Program-made: the position numbers and the translations under genes
From: Bdellovibrio sp.
Lineage (GTDB): Bacteria > Bdellovibrionota > Bdellovibrionia > Bdellovibrionales > Bdellovibrionaceae
Direction of reading: 5' to 3'
Assembly: GCA_036676395.1 (NCBI GenBank)
Contig: JAKFCY010000002.1
Coordinates: 768,001-832,000 of the forward strand
Length of the DNA: 64,000 nt
Shown: one piece after another, positions 1 through 9,219 of the stretch
Numbering within the stretch: position 1 is the first letter of the stretch
How the letters are laid out: every line of letters starts with the position of its first letter
The notes under the pieces: generated by a model
Told to the model about the DNA's origin: nothing
The model's input: only the letters and a program-made list of their open reading frames with translations
Database searches by the model: none

Positions 1-31
1 GGATCGCCAATCGCACAAAACAATTGTCGGC

Positions 32-1801
32 ATGCAAGAACAGTCTTCAATGGCAAGTGAGCCAGTTGAAGATCTTTATTCATTTGATGAAAATCAAAGT
101 GAATTAGCCAATGTCAGCGATGAACAGCTTTTGCAAGTTTTAGAGCTATCGACAGACGAGTATGAGCAGTCGGGTTCAGCTAACCCTTATGCTATTTCTC
201 CGGCGCAATTAGATTCTTATGACCTGGCTTTACGTGAAAGCTCGGGCTTAAATAATAATTCACCTTTTGATTTTGCAACAATTGCCGGTGAAGAAGCTGC
301 TGTAAATTATGAAGAAGTAGCAGTCTGCACCAGTAAAAATAAAAACCGTGGAAATATCGAAGCGGTTATTCTTAAAGCCGCTAAGCAAAGCTCTATGATG
401 GCCAATGCTATCGCAGAACGCAGTCATGAAAGTAAAACTATCCCCCGTAAATGTATAACTCATGTTATGAATAAATTTAACCCAAGCCCTAAATCATTGG
501 CTCGCTGTCCGGGTGGAATGGGAACAGGACCGGCGCGTGGTGGTGCTAAGCCATGTATTTCTAAAAATTTAGTGAATTTAACATATAACCATTTTACCGA
601 TGTGGCCGAGTGTTTAAATATCGAAGCCAAAGATCTGTTGCCAAAACTTTCAAATGAATCTGGAGTAATTATCAACACTCTAGGTGCTGGTTGGGATGCC
701 GGAGTCGGGCAGTTAACTCAATCTGCAATTGAAGAAGTAAATAAACATTACGATCGCTATGTTGCAGAAATGGAAAAAGCGTCGATTAAAAAACCTTCTT
801 GTATGCGTGTGATGCAGTATAAACCTTATTTAAAAAAGGCCAAAGATGCATTGGCAACACGTTGTTCATTTATCGTTCCGCCAGAAAATCCGATGAAAAA
901 TATCGTTTACATGGCTGTTTACAATAGAATGAATTTAGATCATTTATTAGGAATCAAATATATCGCCGGTGAATCATTTATTGATAACAATGGTCAAATG
1001 ATTGCCTACACGGGCACACCTTCTGATCGTGTTATAAATGGTAAATTTGGTAATAACCAAATCCAGGAAAAATTCGCCCAGCTGGGTATTTCAGATGTGA
1101 ATTTAGATAATTTAGCAACTATGGTGGCATTTAACGGTTATAATGCGGGGCCAAGTACTGCGTTTAATATGTTAAATGAATATTTAACTAAACGTATTTC
1201 TGCTAAAAAACCACTAACTGAGCGTGATTTCGATTTTCATACGCCAAAAACAGCAACTGATATTGATGGCAAAGTAAAATCTGTAACTGAAATAGCGCGG
1301 TTGAATGTGCGGTCTGCCTTTATTAAAAAGAATGATCCAGATGCAAAAATTAAAGTAAAGCGCGCAAAGGTTTTGCCAGAGAAAATCAGAAAATCACATT
1401 TGCTGACGTTTCCAGAATTTTTAATTTATAATCAAAATAACTTCGATTCTTCAATTTTAAATCCGGCAAATCTGGCAAAAGTAGAAGCTATTCAAGATGC
1501 AGCTGCAAAAGCTAAAGAACGTAATAAATACGAACGTTTTTCATCTTATGGTTCTCCGGGGTATTTATCATCTTTAGCGGCTAAAGATACAGCGCTTAGA
1601 GCAGCTTTTGAAAATTCAGGAGCGGATAAGTATTACTGTTCAAATCCGAATTTCTTAAAAATCAGAGATCATAAAGCTAAGCCACTGGAACCCGAGTTTG
1701 ATGAACCGGTTCCGGCAGCGGTGCAGGATAATGTAAAGGTCGTTAGACCAAGAGTAGAAGCCGTTAATAAAATTAAAGCAGTTCCTAATAAAACTAAATA
1801 A
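32..1801 (+). CDS. Divergent SLT-type lytic transglycosylase-like protein (frame is open upstream to the window edge, probably 5'-truncated)
   Basis: Motifs NESG (candidate catalytic Glu), DAGVGQLT and GYNAGP occur in SLT order; no in-frame stop between 2 and 32. Confidence 0.6.
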   Translation: MQEQSSMASEPVEDLYSFDENQSELANVSDEQLLQVLELSTDEYEQSGSANPYAISPAQLDSYDLALRESSGLNNNSPFDFATIAGEEAAVNYEEVAVCTSKNKNRGNIEAVILKAAKQSSMMANAIAERSHESKTIPRKCITHVMNKFNPSPKSLARCPGGMGTGPARGGAKPCISKNLVNLTYNHFTDVAECLNIEAKDLLPKLSNESGVIINTLGAGWDAGVGQLTQSAIEEVNKHYDRYVAEMEKASIKKPSCMRVMQYKPYLKKAKDALATRCSFIVPPENPMKNIVYMAVYNRMNLDHLLGIKYIAGESFIDNNGQMIAYTGTPSDRVINGKFGNNQIQEKFAQLGISDVNLDNLATMVAFNGYNAGPSTAFNMLNEYLTKRISAKKPLTERDFDFHTPKTATDIDGKVKSVTEIARLNVRSAFIKKNDPDAKIKVKRAKVLPEKIRKSHLLTFPEFLIYNQNNFDSSILNPANLAKVEAIQDAAAKAKERNKYERFSSYGSPGYLSSLAAKDTALRAAFENSGADKYYCSNPNFLKIRDHKAKPLEPEFDEPVPAAVQDNVKVVRPRVEAVNKIKAVPNKTK

Positions 1802-1806
1802 TTCTA

Positions 1807-3210
1807 TTAACTTTGGCGCTGGCGTTTATCAACAGCTAGTGCCGCTTCGCGAATCACTTCAGACATGGTTGGATGCGAGTGAAAAGATCTTGCCAGGTCT
1901 TCACTTGATCCACCAAATTCCATAGCTACCGTAATTTCACCTAACATTTCAGATGCACCAGCGCCCACGATGTGGCCACCTAAGATGCGATCGGTGTGCT
2001 TGTCGGCGATGATTTTTACAAAGCCTTCAGTAGCGCCGCGCGCTTTAGCGCGACCATTAGCAGCGAACAAGAATTTACCCACATTAACTTCAAGACCCTT
2101 AGCTTGAGCTTCTTCGGCAGTCATGCCGACAGATGCAATCTCTGGGTGAGTGTAAACAACAGAAGGAACCGTGTTGTAATTCACATGTCCGTGTCCTGTC
2201 GCAATTAGTTCAGCTACGGCTACGCCTTCTTCTTCTGATTTATGAGCTAACATTGGGCCAACAATCACGTCACCTACAGCAAAAATATTTGCAACATTTG
2301 TTTGGTAGTGTGAATTTGTTATTACGCGGCCACGATCATCTTTTTCAATGCCTACAGTTTCAAGACCTAACCCATCTGTGAATGGTTTGCGTCCTGTAGA
2401 AACTAAAACCACATCGCCTTGGATTGTGCCTTTGTTGCCATCTGGCATTGTTTCAAAATCTAATTCAACACGGCCACCGGCAGAGCGTGAACCAGTCACT
2501 TTCGTTGAAGTCTTAAATGTTACGCCCATTTTCTTCATTGAACGTACTAATGTATTTACGCAATCAGTGTCCATCATTGATAAGATTTTATCAGCATATT
2601 CGATCACAGTTACTTTTGAACCTAAACGCGCCCAAACAGAACCTAATTCAAGGCCAATGACCCCGCCACCGACAACTAACATTTCTTTAGGGATTGAGTC
2701 TAAAGCCAGAGCGCCAGTTGATGAAACGATTTTTTTCTCGTCGTATTTTAAGAAAGGTAATTCAACAGGAACCGAACCCGTCGCGATACAAATATTTTTT
2801 GCATTTAATGTTTGTTTTGCGCCATCGTCAGAAGTGATTTCAACCGTATTAGCTGAAGTGATTTTTCCTTTACCAAGAATACGGGTGATTTTATTTTTCT
2901 TAAATAAAAACTCAATACCGCCGGTTAAATCACTAACGATTTTATTTTTACGAGACATCATCGCATCAAGATTCATTTTCACGTCAGTGAATAAAATCCC
3001 GTGTTTATCAAAGTCATGTAAGGCTTCGTGATAAAATTCAGAGCTTTGTAATAAGGCTTTCGAAGGGATACAACCCACGTTTAAACAGGTTCCACCTAAG
3101 GTTTTATCTTTTTCAACAACAGCTGTTTTAAGACCTAACTGGGCTGCGCGAATGGCTCCCGTGTATCCACCAGGTCCGCCACCGATAATAACTAAATCAA
3201 ATTCTTCCAT
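1807..3210 (-). CDS. lpdA: Dihydrolipoyl dehydrogenase (E3)
   Basis: GGGPGGY FAD motif, GGTCLNVGCIPSK redox disulfide, C-terminal HPTMSE; in sucAB operon. Confidence 0.98.
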   Translation of the reverse strand: MEEFDLVIIGGGPGGYTGAIRAAQLGLKTAVVEKDKTLGGTCLNVGCIPSKALLQSSEFYHEALHDFDKHGILFTDVKMNLDAMMSRKNKIVSDLTGGIEFLFKKNKITRILGKGKITSANTVEITSDDGAKQTLNAKNICIATGSVPVELPFLKYDEKKIVSSTGALALDSIPKEMLVVGGGVIGLELGSVWARLGSKVTVIEYADKILSMMDTDCVNTLVRSMKKMGVTFKTSTKVTGSRSAGGRVELDFETMPDGNKGTIQGDVVLVSTGRKPFTDGLGLETVGIEKDDRGRVITNSHYQTNVANIFAVGDVIVGPMLAHKSEEEGVAVAELIATGHGHVNYNTVPSVVYTHPEIASVGMTAEEAQAKGLEVNVGKFLFAANGRAKARGATEGFVKIIADKHTDRILGGHIVGAGASEMLGEITVAMEFGGSSEDLARSFHSHPTMSEVIREAALAVDKRQRQS

Positions 3211-3244
3211 TTTAAATATCTTTCTCGTTCAAAAAAACTAAGTA

Positions 3245-4492
3245 TTAAACTTCAATTAATAATCTTTCAGGATCTTCAATGCCTTCTTTAATTTTCACTA
3301 AGAAAGTGACGGCTTCTTTGCCATCAATAATTCTATGATCGTAGCTAAGTGCTAAGTACATCATTGAGCGAATTTCAACTTTGCCGTTAATCGCCATCGG
3401 ACGCTCTTGGATTTTATGTAAACCTAAGATCGCAGATTGCGGCGCATTTAAAATCGGCGTCGATAATAATGAACCAAATACACCACCGTTAGTGATCGAG
3501 AATGTTCCGCCAGATAAATCATCTATAGAGATTTTTCCATCACGGCCCTTATTAGCTAAATCGCGAATAGCTAATTCAACACCAGCCACTGATAAGTTAT
3601 CAGCATCTTTAACATTCGGAACCATTAAGCCGCGTTCAGTTGATACTGCAATACCGATATTGAAGTAATTGTGGTATTCGATCTCATCACCAACAATCGA
3701 AGCATTTACTGCAGGTAATGCTTTTAAAGCTTCAATTGCAGCTTTAACGAAGAATCCGTTGAAGCCTAAGTTCACGCCGTATTTTTCTTTGAATTTATCT
3801 TTATATTTATTTCTGATCTCGATCACTTTGGTCATATCAACTTCGTTGAAAGTTGTAAGGATCGCAGCCGTGTGTTGAGCCGCAACTAATTTTTCAGCGA
3901 TTTTTTTACGGATGTTTGTCATTTTCACACGTTGAATGTCACCTTGCTTAGAAGGGCCGCGTGGAACCGGAGTTACCGTTGGCGCTGCTGGCGCTTTTGC
4001 TTGCGCAGGAGCTGCTGGAGCAGAAGTTGGAGCGTTTAGCACGTCACCTTTAGTAAGTCTGCCGCCAAGACCAGTGCCTTGTACGTTTGATGTATCTAAA
4101 CCACGTTCGTTAACTACACGTTGAACTGCGGGGGATTGGTGAGCTTGCAATTCCGGATGAGTTGTTTTTCCGCCACCACCGCCAGAAGACGCACCTGCTG
4201 CAGCTTCAGCTTTTGGAGCTGATGACTGAGGCGTCGCCGCGCCTGCAGGAGCTTTTGCATCTGTATCGATCGAACCAACTGTTGCACCAATTTTTACGGT
4301 GTCGCCAGCTTGTGCATTAATAGTAAGTACACCATCTTTTTCTGCGACAACTTCAACTGATGCTTTATCTGTATCTAGCAGCATGATGACTTCATTCATT
4401 TTTACGAATTCGCCAGATTTTTTTGTCCAGCTTCCGATAACTGCTTCTGTAATTGATTCACCAACCGCAGGAACCTTTACTTCTAATTTCAT
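3245..4492 (-). CDS. sucB: 2-oxoglutarate dehydrogenase E2 (dihydrolipoyl succinyltransferase)
   Basis: Lipoyl domain TDKAS, E3-binding [10 protein letters not shown], catalytic DHRIIDG. Confidence 0.97.
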   Translation of the reverse strand: MKLEVKVPAVGESITEAVIGSWTKKSGEFVKMNEVIMLLDTDKASVEVVAEKDGVLTINAQAGDTVKIGATVGSIDTDAKAPAGAATPQSSAPKAEAAAGASSGGGGGKTTHPELQAHQSPAVQRVVNERGLDTSNVQGTGLGGRLTKGDVLNAPTSAPAAPAQAKAPAAPTVTPVPRGPSKQGDIQRVKMTNIRKKIAEKLVAAQHTAAILTTFNEVDMTKVIEIRNKYKDKFKEKYGVNLGFNGFFVKAAIEALKALPAVNASIVGDEIEYHNYFNIGIAVSTERGLMVPNVKDADNLSVAGVELAIRDLANKGRDGKISIDDLSGGTFSITNGGVFGSLLSTPILNAPQSAILGLHKIQERPMAINGKVEIRSMMYLALSYDHRIIDGKEAVTFLVKIKEGIEDPERLLIEV

Positions 4493-4519
4493 TCTAAACC
4501 TCGTGTTTCTTTATTAAAT

Positions 4520-7231
4520 CTAAACTTTAAATACTTTTTCAATAATTTCTGTTTGTTCAATCTTATGACGGTAGATTGAACCAGTTGCAGGACTTGCACG
4601 ATCTGGGCGACCGACATAACCAAACTGAGCTTTTGAACCGATCTCAGTTAACAGTGTCGCAAACTTGAAATACACATAACTGAAAGCACCCATGTTTTGT
4701 GGCTCTTCTTGTGCCCAAATAACTTTTTTAGCATTCGGGTATGATTTCATGATCTTATTCACCTTCCAGTGAGGAAACGGAGAAATCTGTTCTAAGCGAA
4801 CAAGTGCAGTTTTTGTGTCGTTCAATTTTTCGCGTTGTTCTAATAATTCGTAATATAATTTACCAGATACGAACACGACTTTTTCAACTTTAGAATTATC
4901 AGTTAACAGGGTGTCTGCTAATACTTCTTCGAAAGTGCCATTGGCGATTTCGCTGATCATGCTTGTCGCACGCGGGTGACGAAGTAAAGATTTCGGAGAC
5001 ATAACCACTAATGGTTTTCTGAAATCACGTTTCACTTGGCGGCGTAATGCGTGGAAAATTTGTGACGGCGTTGTTAAGTTCACAACTGTCATATTGTTTT
5101 GTGCAGACAATTGTAAAAAGCGCTCTAGTTTTGCAGAACTGTGTTCAGGGCCTTGGCCTTCATAACCGTGAGGTAATAAAAGAACTAAGCCTGACATTTG
5201 TTGCCATTTAGATTCGCCAGCCGCTAAAAATTGATCGATGATAATTTGGGCGCCGTTGGCGAAATCGCCGAACTGGGCTTCCCAGATCGTTAAGAAAGAC
5301 GGGTCAGTGATTGAATTGCCGTATTCAAAACCCATGACGGCGTATTCAGATAAAATAGAATCATAAACGCAGAAATTTGTTTTTTCAGAATTTAATTGTT
5401 TTAACGGAAAGTAAGACTCATTTGTTTTTGTATCGTAAAAACCGGCATGACGGTGAGTGAATGTGCCGCGCACGCAATCTTGCCCCGTTAAGCGCACTGA
5501 TTGGCCTTCGTTAATTAAACTTCCGTAAGCTAAAAGTTCTGCCATGCCCCAGTCGCAAGGTTCTTTGCCTGCGGCTTGTTGTTTACGTTGTTCAATAAGC
5601 TTAGGTAATTTCGGGTGAAGATTAAATCCAGCAGGAACAGTTGCGATTTGTTCGCCGACTTTTTGTAAAGTCGCAAGATCAACTGAAGTCTTTGTTGGTT
5701 TTTCCATGTCTTCGGTTAAACCTTTTTTTAGCCCAGCCCAAGCGCCTTCAAATTTAAAAGTTTTAACTTTCGGAGCTTGTTGTTTTGCAGAGTCGTAAAT
5801 TTTTTGCAGATCGTTCATGCGATCAGTTAATAGAGAATCTGTAAAATTTTGATCGGCAACGTTTGTTGAGACTAATTGTTTCGCGTAGATCTCTCGTAAT
5901 GTCGGATGTTTTTTGATGATATCGTACATTAGCGGCTGAGTGAATGCAGGTTCATCACCTTCATTGTGACCAAATCTACGGTAACACGTTAATGTGATCA
6001 CGATATCGCGACCCCATTCTTGGCGGTAACGAACAGCGATATCCATTGCGCGAACACATGATTCAACATCATCACCATTACAGTGTAATACCGGAATCGC
6101 TAAAGCTTTAGCGACATCAGATGAATAATGGGCGGAACGTGCATTTTCAGGATTAGTGGTAAAGCCGACTTGATTGTCGATAATTAAATGAATTGATCCA
6201 CCCACAGCGTAACCACGAACATGCGCCATTTGTAGAGATTCCATCACAACACCTTGGCCTGCAAAGGCAGCGTCACCGTGAATGATTAATGGAATTACTT
6301 TTTTGCGATCTTTAGTGTCTAGGCGTTTTCTTTGTGAAGCACGAGCCATACCAAGCACAACCGGGCCAACAGCTTCTAAGTGCGAAGGGTTAAATGCTAA
6401 ATGACACTCAACTTTACCAGTTGGTGTGTCTTTAGTTTTTGAATAACCTAAGTGATACTTCACATCGCCGTCGTAATCTTCTAATGGTTTTTCTAATTCA
6501 GTAGGGCCATTGAAATCAGCAAACATAGTGCCGACATCTTTACCCATGAAATTCGCTAATACATTTACGCGACCACGATGGGCCATGCCGACAACGATCT
6601 CTTCAGTTCCCAAAGCTGATGCGCTTGTTACTAAATGATCCATCATCGGAAGCGTGGCATCAGCGCCCTCTACAGAGAAACGTTTTGTGCCAACGTAACG
6701 AGTATGGATAAATTTTTCTAAACTCTCCGCGCGAGTGACTGACTTAAGAATTTCTTTTTTCTGATCGGCAGATAATTTGAAAGTTGGAGAATTTTGTTCA
6801 AATTCTTTGATAAACCAATTTCTAACTTCGGGTAAGGCTTCAGCAAACTGGGCTGTCAATTTACCGCAGTAAGCAGAACGCAAGTGTGCGATAATTTCTT
6901 TTAAAGTTGAATTTGGTTTGCCAACGATAGAGCCGATTTGAAAAGTTTGCTCTAAATCTTTGTCAGATAAATTAAATTTATTTAATTTTAGCTGGTCATT
7001 GTGTGCCGGAGTATTTGTTAACGGATCAATATCAGCTTCGTAATGACCGTAAGTGCGGTAAGCATTAATTAAATTGTAAACATCTAATTCTTTTTCAGAG
7101 ACGCCAAAGGCGCCATCCTTCATGAATTCAACGCCTTCAAAAAAACGTTTCCACTCAAGATCTACAGAATCCGGAGATTTTTTAAATTGGTTGTATAATG
7201 ATTCGATATATTCAAGGTTCAAATGATTCAT
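4520..7231 (-). CDS. sucA: 2-oxoglutarate dehydrogenase E1
   Basis: GMAHRGR, HGDAAFAGQG (TPP motif), GHNEGDEP, LPHGYEGQGPEHSS. Confidence 0.98.
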   Translation of the reverse strand: MNHLNLEYIESLYNQFKKSPDSVDLEWKRFFEGVEFMKDGAFGVSEKELDVYNLINAYRTYGHYEADIDPLTNTPAHNDQLKLNKFNLSDKDLEQTFQIGSIVGKPNSTLKEIIAHLRSAYCGKLTAQFAEALPEVRNWFIKEFEQNSPTFKLSADQKKEILKSVTRAESLEKFIHTRYVGTKRFSVEGADATLPMMDHLVTSASALGTEEIVVGMAHRGRVNVLANFMGKDVGTMFADFNGPTELEKPLEDYDGDVKYHLGYSKTKDTPTGKVECHLAFNPSHLEAVGPVVLGMARASQRKRLDTKDRKKVIPLIIHGDAAFAGQGVVMESLQMAHVRGYAVGGSIHLIIDNQVGFTTNPENARSAHYSSDVAKALAIPVLHCNGDDVESCVRAMDIAVRYRQEWGRDIVITLTCYRRFGHNEGDEPAFTQPLMYDIIKKHPTLREIYAKQLVSTNVADQNFTDSLLTDRMNDLQKIYDSAKQQAPKVKTFKFEGAWAGLKKGLTEDMEKPTKTSVDLATLQKVGEQIATVPAGFNLHPKLPKLIEQRKQQAAGKEPCDWGMAELLAYGSLINEGQSVRLTGQDCVRGTFTHRHAGFYDTKTNESYFPLKQLNSEKTNFCVYDSILSEYAVMGFEYGNSITDPSFLTIWEAQFGDFANGAQIIIDQFLAAGESKWQQMSGLVLLLPHGYEGQGPEHSSAKLERFLQLSAQNNMTVVNLTTPSQIFHALRRQVKRDFRKPLVVMSPKSLLRHPRATSMISEIANGTFEEVLADTLLTDNSKVEKVVFVSGKLYYELLEQREKLNDTKTALVRLEQISPFPHWKVNKIMKSYPNAKKVIWAQEEPQNMGAFSYVYFKFATLLTEIGSKAQFGYVGRPDRASPATGSIYRHKIEQTEIIEKVFKV

Positions 7232-7356
7232 GAATTAGCCTCTCAAAACTTTTGCATGATATTTTATGTTTTCGCTCTTGATTGTGTCATAAAGATCAGA
7301 CAAACTTAAGCCAATTTTTCATATATTTTTTCAATTATTTAGAGAGGAAATTTCTC

Positions 7357-8124
7357 ATGAGTAACCCAACAGCTAAAACACACAAATTAGTCATCGTTCG
7401 TCATGGAGAGTCTCAATGGAATCAAGAAAATCGTTTTACTGGTTGGAAAGACGTCGATCTGTCTGAAAAAGGTCGCACAGAAGCGCAAAAAGCTGGCAGA
7501 TCATTGCTAGAGCAAAAGTTCGAATTCGATGTTGCTTACACAAGCTCTTTGACACGAGCTATCAAAACTCTAAATTCAATCCTTTCAGAAATGGATTTGA
7601 ATTGGTTACCGGTGATTAAAGATTGGCGCCTAAACGAACGTCACTATGGCGATTTACAAGGCCTTGATAAAGCAGAAACAGCAGCAAAACATGGTGAAGA
7701 CCAAGTCAAAATCTGGCGCAGAAGTTACGATACTCCTCCTCCGATGATGGCAAAAACAAATCCTGAACATCCGATTCACGATCAACGTTATAAAAACATT
7801 AATCCAGAATTATTGCCTTCGGGCGAATCGTTAAAAGATACCGTGGCAAGATTTTTACCACTCTGGAATGATCAGATTTCTAAAGATGTGTTAGCAGGTA
7901 AAAAAGTTTTAATCGCCGCTCACGGAAATTCACTGCGTGCATTGATCCAACATTTAGAAAAAATGACGCCTGAACAGATTATGGAAGTCAACATGCCAAC
8001 GGGTATTCCGATGATGTATGAACTTGATGACAAATTAAACGTCATTTCTAAAAAATTCATCGGCGATGCTGATGAAGTCGCAAAAGCAATGGAAAGCGTT
8101 GCTAATCAAGGAAAGAAAAAATAG
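7357..8124 (+). CDS. gpmA: 2,3-bisphosphoglycerate-dependent phosphoglycerate mutase
   Basis: RHGESQWN, LNERHYG, AHGNSLR; start moved from 7282 to ATG 7357, which follows a GAGAGG RBS. Confidence 0.97.
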   Translation: MSNPTAKTHKLVIVRHGESQWNQENRFTGWKDVDLSEKGRTEAQKAGRSLLEQKFEFDVAYTSSLTRAIKTLNSILSEMDLNWLPVIKDWRLNERHYGDLQGLDKAETAAKHGEDQVKIWRRSYDTPPPMMAKTNPEHPIHDQRYKNINPELLPSGESLKDTVARFLPLWNDQISKDVLAGKKVLIAAHGNSLRALIQHLEKMTPEQIMEVNMPTGIPMMYELDDKLNVISKKFIGDADEVAKAMESVANQGKKK

Positions 8125-8126
8125 TT

Positions 8127-9068
8127 ATGAAAAATTTCATCTTCTTAGCGATTTTTGTAGCTTCAGTTCAGTCGCATGCCCAGATCAAAGAGGCTTATCA
8201 AAAAATCAGTCAAGCGGTAACTGGTTCAGCGAAAATTTCGCAGCCTCATTACTTTCCTGCGCAATGGGAAGTTTTAGCTCAAGCTGGAGCAACTTTAGCA
8301 AATAGAGAATTTAAACCGAACGATTCAGCAAGTTTTGATGCAAAGACTGCGGCGCAAACCATCAATGCGGCAGTCACAGTGGGAGTTTTAGATTTTCTTT
8401 CAGTCGGAATCAATTGGGACTACGACCTTAAAAATCGTGCTACGTATGAAAGTCCACTTCCGGCAGAAAATTCTAAAGGACCAAATGATCCGATCATCAA
8501 TTTAACCGGTCGTGCGGGTGATTTTGATTCTGCGAAGATCGATGTGAAGTTAGCCTACCAGCCCAAAACAGGCGACGCAAAATTTCCAGCTCCGGACAAA
8601 GATGGAAACGCTCTAAACGGTTACAGAACAACAACTTTAGGCTTAGAGTTAGACTTTTTAGTGACCAATACTTCTCAAGTGTTTTTATTAGCTGAGTACA
8701 GCATGCTGGGTGAAAGAACGGCTATTGATCAGACAACCGACGATGTTCTTAATGTCAAAGAGCTCAAATCGAATTTTATAAAAGTAGGAACTCTAACTGA
8801 AATCGTCAACGACACTTTTTTTGGAATTGCGTTTTCAAACCTTCATCAAGATGGCGGTCGCACTCTACAAAACGATGGTTTATCAACAGTTGAAGCTTCA
8901 GAAATCAATGCGACAGCTCTGACAGTAACAGGTAAGCATGAATTCACGCCTAATTCGGCTTTAAATATTGAGCTAGAATATGTTCTTAATGGAAGCCTTA
9001 AAAGTTCTACTTCGGAAACGAAGTTTGACGGCCATGTCCTTTCTGTAAGTTACCTAGTACGTTTCTAA
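8127..9068 (+). CDS. Putative outer-membrane beta-barrel protein
   Basis: Signal peptide, alternating amphipathic strands, C-terminal VSYLVRF (Bam-type terminal Phe). Confidence 0.65.
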   Translation: MKNFIFLAIFVASVQSHAQIKEAYQKISQAVTGSAKISQPHYFPAQWEVLAQAGATLANREFKPNDSASFDAKTAAQTINAAVTVGVLDFLSVGINWDYDLKNRATYESPLPAENSKGPNDPIINLTGRAGDFDSAKIDVKLAYQPKTGDAKFPAPDKDGNALNGYRTTTLGLELDFLVTNTSQVFLLAEYSMLGERTAIDQTTDDVLNVKELKSNFIKVGTLTEIVNDTFFGIAFSNLHQDGGRTLQNDGLSTVEASEINATALTVTGKHEFTPNSALNIELEYVLNGSLKSSTSETKFDGHVLSVSYLVRF

Positions 9069-9124
9069 ACTGGTCCATACGTTGCTCTTAAATTCTATGT
9101 CATAGCAAAGCGTAAGAAAAGTAA

Positions 9125-9155
9125 GGCTTAAAACAAATTTACCTTGTTTTAAGCC
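9125..9155. terminator. 12-bp inverted repeat, possible terminator or regulatory hairpin
   Basis: GGCTTAAAACAA-N7-TTGTTTTAAGCC; no U-tract. Confidence 0.4.
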
Positions 9156-9219
9156 CTGAATCTAACGCTCGCGAAGTGACTAATTTGAGACACTGTCAAT
9201 TTGGTTGACGGAGGAACGT

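Noticed and set aside
1..20. CCAATCGCACA resembling the tRNA 3' end CCGATCGCACCA (possible att repeat)
   Set aside because: Short, mismatched, inside an open frame, and would enclose core genes
2348..4517. Long + strand ORFs opposite lpdA and sucB (e.g. 227 aa at 2348-3031)
   Set aside because: Antisense shadows of conserved genes; no motifs or RBS
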